DNA of 64,000 nucleotides, taken from assembly GCA_965207735.1 (NCBI GenBank), contig OZ242296.1, positions 5,120,001-5,184,000 of the forward strand, in the 5' to 3' direction. The notes under the pieces are model-generated. The model did not search any database. It was given only the letters and a program-made list of their open reading frames with translations, and had not been told where the DNA came from. The DNA comes from Candidatus Versatilivorator sp. (GTDB lineage Bacteria > Acidobacteriota > Terriglobia > Versatilivoradales > Versatilivoraceae). Made by a program: the position numbers and the translations under genes. This document shows positions 1 through 7,714 of the stretch, in pieces. Position 1 is the stretch's first letter; each line of letters begins with the position of its first letter.

Positions 1-183
1 CATGAACCGCCGGGTTTCGTTGGCCACGTCCAGGTACCAACCCACCTTGAATCCGTGCAGGGATTCAAGCACGATTCCCAGGGTCAGGAAGCAGAGCAGG
101 GACCACCACCCGAAGCGCAAGTGGCGGCGGAGGTAGGCGGCGGTGGCGGTTTCAGCGGCTGTAGGGGTTGAATCCGGTTCCAC
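1..183 (-). CDS. Hypothetical membrane protein, 5' part only (runs off the window start)
   Basis: Not in the ORF track. GGAGG RBS followed by GTG at 183; manual translation MEPDSTPTAAETATAAYLRRHLRFGWWSLLCFLTLGIVLESLHGFKVGWYLDVANETRRFM shows a hydrophobic helix and no stop; lies just downstream of the octaheme cytochrome gene. Confidence 0.75.
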   Translation of the reverse strand, partial: MEPDSTPTAAETATAAYLRRHLRFGWWSLLCFLTLGIVLESLHGFKVGWYLDVANETRRFM

Positions 184-224
184 TGCTCAATGCCTCCCGT
201 TCCGTTATCTCGGGATGAGGGGTG

Positions 225-2114
225 TTATTCGGCCAGGCTGACGACCCGGTCGTCCCGCTGGCGCAGCAAGCGTTCCTGCAAATGTCGGCGCACGGCCCCC
301 TCGGCATCGATGAGGACCTCCGGCCTGTCCGGTTCATGAGGAAGGTCCTGCCAGCGTTCCAGGACCTCTTTATGGGCTGCCGCCCTCACTTGGGGGGCAC
401 CGAAGAATTCATAGTTCCAGTCGGCGAAGGCCTCCGACCGCCTCAGGGAGCGTGCGGCAATGAAGCGTACGGCATCGTAGGGATCTTCCAGGAGCTGTCC
501 CAGGTGGGGCGGCATCCAGTCAGATCCCGAAGCTTGGCGAGCCGAATCCCACCCCAGGCTCCAGGCCATCAAGGCCCGCTGCCCGGCGTCGCCGCGCAGC
601 AGCCACAACAGGGAGGCCGCCACCGAGCGTTCCTCCCGCGATAGCTTGGGCTTGGGGACATCGTACCACTCTTCCAGGTGAGAAGCCGCCCAGTCCAGGG
701 TCTTGTCCAGGTGACACTGGTTGCAGGCGTTGGGACGTCCGGTCTGCAGACTGGCCTGGACGGTGGGCGTGTCGATCTGGTGGCTTCGGATGGCCTTGAG
801 GATTCCGTAGGTGGTGTAGGGCATGTGGCAGTTGTAGCACCGGCTGCCGGTGGAGGCCGGCGGGTGGTGGGTATGGGCCGGGGTTTCGAAGCGAGCCGAG
901 TCATGGCACTGCAGACAGGCCTGGTTGCCCCGCATACCTGGCTTGAGCTGGTCGACGGCCCACAGGCTCAGCGGCCTGGGATCCTCCGGCGACTGGTGCA
1001 TGGCGTGGCAGGAAAGGCAGGACAGCTCCCCCCGCTGAAAGCAGGGGGTCTCGATCAGGCCGTTGTACTCTCTGCCCGAGACGCGAACCATGCCGTCCGA
1101 CCAGAACTTCTCCTCCCAGTAGGTGGGTTTGCGCTTGGCCAGTTGCTGCAGCCGTGGCTGCTGCCTGTCCTGGAGTCGCACCACCAGCTTGGTCTCCGAA
1201 AGCACCTGGCCGGGCCGGTAGGGATAGCCGTGGTCCATCCACTGCTGGAAGTCGTCCTTCTCGTAGAATTCCAGGATTCCATGACACTGGCCGCAGACCT
1301 GGGAGGAAAGTTCATGAGAGAGGCGAGCCGGTTGAACGATGGAGGGGTCGGCGGTCCCATTCAGGTGAAAGCCGTAGCGGCGCAAGGGATTGCGGTTGAG
1401 CAGCACGTGGGCCTCGCCGGGCCCGTGGCAGGCCTCACAGGAGATGCCGAACTCGGCCACCCGGGTATCGAAGCTCAAATCGGTCAAGGCCACCTTGGAG
1501 CGTCCCCAGTCGGGTGAACGGGTTTTCCCCTGGGTGGTGTGGCACTTGATGCAGGCCATGTTCCAGGCGCCGGGCAGAGCCGACTTGATCTCGGGCGCGG
1601 GCGGGGTGAGGAAAGTGGCGTTGCGGGGAATCCACTGCTGTTCCTCGATCAGGTAAATGTAGGGAATCTGACCCAGCTTGCGGCTGTGTCCGGTCGCATA
1701 CCAGTAGACCTGCATGTGGTGGGAGCCGGTAATCATGGCCAACCGAAGGCGACGGGGCCGGCCGGCCGGACCGGCGTTGTCCATCTGGAACCATACGTCG
1801 CGACCCTGTCGCAGCAGGCGAAAAGTCTGGCCCAAAAAGGAAAAGGGCTGGTTGATGGGCCCCGCCACCGTATCGGCGTCGGCCACCTGGGTCATGGTTC
1901 GGTGGAAGGAACCGTACCAGGTGCTGTAGTTGTGGGGATGGCAGGACTGACAGGCCTGAGAAGAGGTGTAGCTGTCTTCCCGGACCTGGATGGGCCGATT
2001 CCGCGGGATCCAGTCCTGGGCCGCTCGGCGGTAGTCGGAGAGGTTGCAGGCAGCCAGGAAGAGGACCAGCAGCAACGTCACCGCCTGGCAAATTCGGCTG
2101 AGCCGGTCACCCAT
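225..2114 (-). CDS. Octaheme c-type cytochrome lipoprotein with C-terminal HEAT-like region
   Basis: Eight CxxCH motifs (CQSCH, CIKCH, CEACH, CGQCH, CLSCH, CLQCH, CYNCH, CNQCH); lipobox LAAC; HEAT-like LLEDPYDAVRFIAARSL. Start is 2114 or 2156. Confidence 0.85.
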   Translation of the reverse strand: MGDRLSRICQAVTLLLVLFLAACNLSDYRRAAQDWIPRNRPIQVREDSYTSSQACQSCHPHNYSTWYGSFHRTMTQVADADTVAGPINQPFSFLGQTFRLLRQGRDVWFQMDNAGPAGRPRRLRLAMITGSHHMQVYWYATGHSRKLGQIPYIYLIEEQQWIPRNATFLTPPAPEIKSALPGAWNMACIKCHTTQGKTRSPDWGRSKVALTDLSFDTRVAEFGISCEACHGPGEAHVLLNRNPLRRYGFHLNGTADPSIVQPARLSHELSSQVCGQCHGILEFYEKDDFQQWMDHGYPYRPGQVLSETKLVVRLQDRQQPRLQQLAKRKPTYWEEKFWSDGMVRVSGREYNGLIETPCFQRGELSCLSCHAMHQSPEDPRPLSLWAVDQLKPGMRGNQACLQCHDSARFETPAHTHHPPASTGSRCYNCHMPYTTYGILKAIRSHQIDTPTVQASLQTGRPNACNQCHLDKTLDWAASHLEEWYDVPKPKLSREERSVAASLLWLLRGDAGQRALMAWSLGWDSARQASGSDWMPPHLGQLLEDPYDAVRFIAARSLRRSEAFADWNYEFFGAPQVRAAAHKEVLERWQDLPHEPDRPEVLIDAEGAVRRHLQERLLRQRDDRVVSLAE

Positions 2115-2233
2115 CCTTGCGCCCCCTTGCGACCCCCGCCCTGTGGTACGGATCATGCGAGAAAAAACAACGAATCTTCATAGCCGGTCGGCAACAAGGA
2201 CCCTGTTCCCTTAGCACGGTTTTCTACCTATTG

Positions 2234-2386
2234 AACATCGATGCACAGGATTAACAGGATTAACAGGACGAGAGCTTCCTGCACCAGAAGCCAACTCGGG
2301 CGATGATCCGGTGCGGATTTGCGGATTCCCGGCATTGGAAGCCAGCCGTTTCCTGAAGAATCCTGTGAATCCTGTGCATCGATGTT
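2234..2386. repeat. Inverted-arm element with 9-mer periodic arms (AACAGGATT type)
   Basis: AACATCGATGCACAGGAT (2234-2251) is the exact reverse complement of 2369-2386, extending to 27/28 bp; the left arm recurs inverted at about 33596-33657. Confidence 0.85.
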
Positions 2387-2612
2387 AATGATCTCTTTAA
2401 ATCACGATGGGGTCGGAAGCCCCCCACTGGCTCCGCCGCGGTCCTTGTTGCTTCTTCGCGGACAAATCCTCTTTGTCCCTTGTGTCCTTCGTTGACCCCC
2501 TTGCCGACCTTCGCCCCATCCCTCTTGAGCCTTCTCCAGCGCCTTCGTGGATCACTCCTTTTTCTTTTGTTTCAGGAGAGCCGGTCTCCGGGGCGTCGCG
2601 CTTTCGGCCGTC

Positions 2613-2700
2613 TGCTGTCGCCGCCTTCGCGGCTCGACGTGGAGCTACCCCTTTCCATGGGCTCACGCCCACGGCTACCTGCTGCCGCCGCTCCGCGGCT
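2613..2700 (-). repeat. REP-like three-hairpin repeat
   Basis: Reverse strand reads AGCCGCGGAGCGGCG...TAGCCGTGGGCGTGAGCCCATGG...AGCCGCGAAGGCGGCG; related copies at 16048-16131 and 31214-31300. Confidence 0.75.
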
Positions 2701-2743
2701 CGATGGGTCGCCCGGGGATAATCAATCTCCAACAAGTCCCGCC

Positions 2744-2879
2744 CCTGCCCTGCCGGGCGGATCATCCGAGGGTGAAACAATCAGAAATCGATTATCCTTT
2801 CGCGACCTTGGTACCCCGTCGCGGTCAACCTCAACGCCTTAGTGCCCCTTCGTCGTTCTTCGTGCCCCTTCGTGGATAA
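2744..2879 (-). repeat. Dispersed repeat; uninterrupted homolog of the group II intron target site
   Basis: Reverse complement TATCCACGAAGGGGCACGAAGAACGACGAAGGGGCACTAAGGCGTTGAGGTT...ATGATCCGCCCGGCAGGGCAGG aligns with the joined intron flanks 29068-29083 + 31079-31197. Confidence 0.9.
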
Positions 2880-3069
2880 GTCTTTGTCTTTTGTCGTTTG
2901 TCGGTTGTTTCAGACAAGCCTTTTCTGCGCAGGAGAAATGATTGTACAGGAAGCCGGGATTCCCGGGAAATCCTGGCCGGTGCCGCCGCTACCCAGCCGA
3001 GTCGGAGCGGCAAGGTCCTTCCCAGGCCCGGATTAAACTCAGGCCCCACCGGCTCGTGTGCCTGCAGGC

Positions 3070-3103
3070 AAAAAAAAGCCCCGGCTCGGTGAGAGCCGGG
3101 GCT
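3070..3103 (-). terminator. Rho-independent terminator of the TonB-dependent receptor gene
   Basis: 11-bp stem AGCCCCGGCTC/GAGCCGGGGCT with a 5-nt loop, followed by a T-run on the minus strand, 20 bp after the stop codon. Confidence 0.9.
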
Positions 3104-3123
3104 GGCGGAAAAGCTGCCTTCGA

Positions 3124-6100
3124 TTAGTACTCAAATGCAATGTTGAAACGCACCGATCGCATGCCCGCTCGCAACCCGGGCAGCCGGGTGGCGGTGGGCG
3201 AGTTGATGTTGAAGGCCGGCTGGTTGGGACTGTATCCCCAACTGGCGTAGTTGAAGGGGTTGTTGATCTGGGAGGAGAAGAGGATGTTCATGTTCTCTCC
3301 GATGGGGAAGTTCTTGAAGAGTCCCAGAGCCATCGAGAACACGTTGGGCGCCCGCAGGATGTTTCTCCCCGAGTTGCCGTAGCGCCCGATGTTGTTTTCA
3401 GGCACGGCAAAGGCGCCGGCATTGTACCAGTCGTCGTCGCTGCCGTCCGGTTTTACCCAGCTCTTCCAGGTTCCCACCAGATCGGGACGGCCCGACCTCC
3501 GTCCCAGTCCGGAGGGGTCGGGTCCGGAGTAGGAGACGCTGACGCCCTGGCCGGAGAGGATGTTGGTCTGGGTCGAGAGTTCCCAGCCTCCCAGGATCTG
3601 GTTCATGACCCCCGAAATCCCGGAGCCGAACTGCTGGCCTCTGCCGTAGGGGACTTGCCAGTGGACGTAGTTCACCGTGCGGAAGGGAGCCACGGCGCTG
3701 CTTTCGGCCCGGTCGCAGCGGCGGCAGTGAGGATTCTCGTTGGCGTTGCCGCGGTTGCTGTTGAACCGCACCTCCACCACGTCGGTCATCTGCTTGGACC
3801 AGGCCATGCCAATCTCCCCGGAGAAGCCGAAGACATTGCGGGGATAGATGACCGCCTCGAAGGCGTGGTAGGTGGCGCCGCCGCCGTTGTGGGTCTCGTT
3901 GATGGAGTTGTAGTTGCGAACCAGGCGGCGGTCGTCGCTCCAGGCCACGCCCGCCTGGGGCATGGGCAGATTGATGTCTCTCCGGTAGAACATCTGGGTC
4001 TCCTTGCTCCAGATGTAGGAGACCCGGGCCCGCTGCCCACCCACTTCGTTCTCGATGCTGATGTTCCCCTGCTGGGTGTAGGGCCAGACGGCGTCGGGGT
4101 TCACGTAGCTGAGGCTGGGGATGGGAGGAGCGCCCAGCACCGAGGGATCCGGCAGCCCCACCGGCCAGGTGAATTTGGGCTGGGCTCTACCGCTGCTGTT
4201 GTCCACGTTGTTGAAGGTGTAGGAGAGAGCGAAAGGTCCTCCGGTTTCGACAAAATCAAGCCGGGTCAGCCGCTGCATGATGGCGTACATGCCGTAGCCG
4301 GCCCGGATGACCAGCTTGTCGTCGAAGTTGGGCCGCCAGGCCAGACCGAAGCGAGGCTGGATTTTACTCTTGTCGACGTTCCACAGGCCGCTGGGCAACC
4401 CGGCCGCCGAGGCGGTGATGACGGGATTGCGGTCCAGCACCCAGAGCGGATCGATAAAGCCCATGGCGAATTCATCCGGAACCACGATCGCGTTTCGTTG
4501 CGGATCGTAGGTGTAGTGGAGTCCCAGCTCGTCGGTGGTGGGCGAAGATACGTCGTAGCGCACGCCGTAGGACAAGGTCAGGTTGGGAAGGACTCTGTAG
4601 GTGTCGGTGATGAACACCCCCACTGAATGGGCCTGCTTCACGATGATGGGCCGGAGGTTGCCCTTGCCCATGGTCGTGGGCATGCCCAGCAGAAAGTCGG
4701 CGTAGGGATTGCCGGTAAAGGCTCCGCTAAAGGTTTGAGTCCCCCAGTTGGTGCTCCAGACCCGGTTGGATTCGTCGGTGGGTCGCCGGATCTCGAATCC
4801 CGCCTGGATGCTGTGCTTGCCCTTGTACCAGGAGAGGGAGTCGCTCACCGTCCACTGATAGGTTCGGGTGAGATTGGTCCCCCAGCCGTTGAAGGGAGTG
4901 AACCCGGCGATCTGGAAATTGGGTCCCGAACTGGCCTCGCCGGAGTCAGGCGCCGTGATGCCGGTCAGACCCAGGTCCTTGAGCCTGGCTTCCGCCCAGG
5001 CGACGGTGTCAGCAGGATTGCCGCCCCGCGTGTAGTTCCGGTAGACGTTACAGGAGGCGCAGTTGTAGAAGCCGATGCGGAACTCGTTGACCAGCGTGGG
5101 CGAGAGGGTGTTGGTGGTGCCCAGGGCGAAGGTCTTGGCGCAGCAGCTCTGGTGGAAGGGCCCGGCCCAGTCGTACACCGAGCGGTCGTTGAAGCCCCCG
5201 GCGCCGTCCCAGGCATCGCTGTGCTCGGCATAGGAGGTCAGCACCTCGAAAGTCTCGGTTACCTTGTGGTCGAAGCGATAGTTGATCCTGCGGCCCCCGG
5301 ATGCCAGGTAGGTCCAGACGCCCGGCGCCCGGTTGGTGCCGGGTATGGGATCGCGCAGATAGGTGTTGAGCTTGACGGCGATGGGGTGAATGCGATCGGC
5401 GGGAATGATGTTTCCCGCGAAGTCCATACCGGTGACCGGGTCGACCAACTGCGTACCGAAGGAGGACAGGTCGCCGCTGCGCCAGGCTGTCTCGGGATGG
5501 ATCTGGCTCACCTGATTGTCGCCGGCATTGTTCTTGCGGGTGATGTAGGTGAGCATCCAGTAGGAACGGTTGCGGCCGTCATAGATCTTGGGGACCCAGG
5601 CGGGGCCGTTGACCACGAATCCGGCCTCCCATCGCCCCGTGCCGGCCCCCCGGTTGTGGTTGCGCGGGTTGAGGGCGTTCAGGGCGTTGTTGAACATGGT
5701 TCCCTCAATGCGGCCGTGGAAGCTGTTGGTGCCCCGCTTGGTGACGATCTGGATGTTGACCGGCGTCTGGAAGTTGGCCGGGGCCACCGTGTGGGTGACC
5801 TTGACTTCATCCACCGCATAGGAGGAGAGATAGAGACGATAGGCGTCCAGTTCCGCACCGTCCATGGACATGTGGGCCGAGCCCTCGCGAGTTCCGTGAT
5901 AGCCGAAGTAGCCGCCTGCCTGGGAAACGGTGGGCTGGCCGAAGGTCACTCCGGTGTTTTGAGCGCTGGGATTCCGGGTCCAGTACTTGCCGGCCCGGAC
6001 CGTGGACACGTCGGCGGTCTCGGTGACGATCACGGCCGCCTCGGCGGTGACGCTGATCTCGGTGGCGATGTCACCCACCTCGAGTTGCACGTCCACGCGG

Positions 6101-6417
6101 GCCGTACGGCCGGAGCCCACCACCACGCCGGTGTTGATGTAACGGTTGAAGCCCGCCATCTCGACTTCTACCGTGTAGCTGGCCGGAGGAATGGTGGAGA
6201 ACAGGTAGTTCCCGTCGCTTTCGGTAGTGAGCGTCCGCTCAACCGCGGTCAGCTCGGAGCGGAGAACGACGGTGGCTCCCACCACCACCGCCCCATCGGG
6301 GTCGGTCACGTTGCCGATGATGTTGCCGTTGAGGATCTGTCCGTAAAGGCTGCCGCTCATGGAAAGAGCAGCCAGCAGAGAAGCCAGAACGAAACCCTTG
6401 AACGTCTTGCTTAGCAT
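3124..6417 (-). CDS. TonB-dependent receptor, acidobacterial Oar-like, with N-terminal carboxypeptidase-regulatory-like domain
   Basis: AGGAGG RBS before ATG 6417; signal peptide; GNVTDPDGAVVVGATV domain; TKRGTNSFHG, LTLSYGVRYD, QPRFGLAWRP; C-terminal beta strand ending in aromatic residues (FNIAFEY). Confidence 0.92.
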   Translation of the reverse strand: MLSKTFKGFVLASLLAALSMSGSLYGQILNGNIIGNVTDPDGAVVVGATVVLRSELTAVERTLTTESDGNYLFSTIPPASYTVEVEMAGFNRYINTGVVVGSGRTARVDVQLEVGDIATEISVTAEAAVIVTETADVSTVRAGKYWTRNPSAQNTGVTFGQPTVSQAGGYFGYHGTREGSAHMSMDGAELDAYRLYLSSYAVDEVKVTHTVAPANFQTPVNIQIVTKRGTNSFHGRIEGTMFNNALNALNPRNHNRGAGTGRWEAGFVVNGPAWVPKIYDGRNRSYWMLTYITRKNNAGDNQVSQIHPETAWRSGDLSSFGTQLVDPVTGMDFAGNIIPADRIHPIAVKLNTYLRDPIPGTNRAPGVWTYLASGGRRINYRFDHKVTETFEVLTSYAEHSDAWDGAGGFNDRSVYDWAGPFHQSCCAKTFALGTTNTLSPTLVNEFRIGFYNCASCNVYRNYTRGGNPADTVAWAEARLKDLGLTGITAPDSGEASSGPNFQIAGFTPFNGWGTNLTRTYQWTVSDSLSWYKGKHSIQAGFEIRRPTDESNRVWSTNWGTQTFSGAFTGNPYADFLLGMPTTMGKGNLRPIIVKQAHSVGVFITDTYRVLPNLTLSYGVRYDVSSPTTDELGLHYTYDPQRNAIVVPDEFAMGFIDPLWVLDRNPVITASAAGLPSGLWNVDKSKIQPRFGLAWRPNFDDKLVIRAGYGMYAIMQRLTRLDFVETGGPFALSYTFNNVDNSSGRAQPKFTWPVGLPDPSVLGAPPIPSLSYVNPDAVWPYTQQGNISIENEVGGQRARVSYIWSKETQMFYRRDINLPMPQAGVAWSDDRRLVRNYNSINETHNGGGATYHAFEAVIYPRNVFGFSGEIGMAWSKQMTDVVEVRFNSNRGNANENPHCRRCDRAESSAVAPFRTVNYVHWQVPYGRGQQFGSGISGVMNQILGGWELSTQTNILSGQGVSVSYSGPDPSGLGRRSGRPDLVGTWKSWVKPDGSDDDWYNAGAFAVPENNIGRYGNSGRNILRAPNVFSMALGLFKNFPIGENMNILFSSQINNPFNYASWGYSPNQPAFNINSPTATRLPGLRAGMRSVRFNIAFEY

Positions 6418-6892
6418 GGTGCCTCCTGAAACTCTATGGGTCTGAAATAGACCTCGGGATTGTCTCACTTGAGTACCGTATTTCGGTTGTAAGAACTTTT
6501 ACTGTTGCGAGTAGCTGCAATTTTCTTGCCAAAACTCCAAGGAGAGCAAAAAAAGTGCAAGGTACTCATTTTAGGATGTTTAGAGCCCACATTGCCTTTG
6601 GTGCCCGCACCCGTTTCTCGATTGAATCTACGAGATATTGAAGTGGCGTCGTACCTCCGTGGCCAATCCTTCTCGAATCGCGCAACAAGTTCCATGAAAT
6701 GAGTCACTTAAGATTTAACCGATCCGAATACGAAATTACGGAGCAGAATGGCGGTTGTTTCGGGTTTTCGAACTGTTTGGCAGCCGCTGGGCCGGGGATC
6801 CGGAGAGCATTGCGCTATCACAGCCGGAAGGCGCAGTCTCGCGGCTCGGCGCCCACCCCAATTTCCCAAAGGTCCCTTCAAAAAACTCAAGA

Positions 6893-7494
6893 ATCACTCC
6901 CCCTTGAGGGGGAGTCGGAGAGACAAGGGCTTCGCCCGCAGTCGATCCGGAGGGGGGCAGACGCGGCGTCGCGTAAGTGAGATTCAGCAGTGGGTAGGTG
7001 GCGCCGGCCAGGTTCCCCCCACCGCATCAGCCTTCGCCATTCGGCTCGGCTTCTGCGACTCCCCCACCGCAACCGACGCACGCCGGTGGTTACCGCTACG
7101 GCGCACAAGATCTCGCCTTTGGCTCGCCTTGTGCGAACCCCCCACCGCATCAGCCTTCGCCATTCGGCTCGGCTTCTGCGACTCCCCCACCGCAACCGAC
7201 GCACGCCAGCGGTTACCGCTACGGCGCACAAGATCTCGCCTTTGGCTCGCCTTGTGCGAACCCCCCACCGCATCAGCCTTCGCCATTCGGCTCGACTTCT
7301 GCGACTCCCCCTCGAGGGGGAGTGATATCCGTGTTATGAAGAGGGAACGGAGTTTATGCGGTAGACTGGGAACATGGTTTACATCATGCCCCGGGATCGG
7401 GCAAGAGGCTTGGTGCAGGCCTCAAGTATCACTCCCCCCTTGAGGGGGAGTCGGAGAGACAAGGGCGCAGCCCGCAGTCGATCCGGAGGGGGGC
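6893..7494. repeat. BIME-like cluster of CACTCCCCCTTGAGGGGGAGT palindromic units including a 123-bp tandem repeat
   Basis: Unit X at 6893-6958 and 7428-7494; inverted variant Y (ACCGCATCAGCCTTCGCCATTCGGCTCGGCTTCTGCGACTCCCCC) starting at 7021, 7144 and 7267 (period 123); the same units occur at 36853-37012. Confidence 0.9.
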
Positions 7495-7714
7495 AAGCGC
7501 GGCGCCCCGAGAGTGACTACCAAAAGGCGCAGCCCGCGGTCGAGCCGGTGGGGGGCAAAACGCGGCGCCCCGTGACTGGAGTTCAGCTGCGATTGTGACA
7601 TCCGAACGGTACTCCCTGCGTCGTCGTACCGCCCCCGACCTTGACGCCCTCAACTGATTCTTCCCATAATTTGAACTGGATTCGGATTCGGCATCTGCAG
7701 GAGGAGTTCCTCCG

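Noticed and set aside
3058-6414. Long plus-strand ORFs (522 and 595 aa), and similar antisense ORFs across the window (e.g. 7907-9652, 27100-28947, 42209-43858, 51911-54265)
   Set aside because: Shadow frames of well-supported genes on the other strand, expected at high GC; no recognisable motifs.
6470-6760. Sigma-70 promoter for the TonB receptor in the AT-rich upstream region
   Set aside because: Likely regulatory, but no -35/-10 pair or operator could be assigned with confidence by eye.
7016-7325. Possible CRISPR array
   Set aside because: The intervening sequences are near-identical rather than unique spacers, the period is 123 bp, and no cas genes are present.
6748-7443. 231-aa ORF with 41-aa repeats
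   Set aside because: Consequence of the 123-bp DNA repeat being open in several frames; no RBS or protein-like signal.
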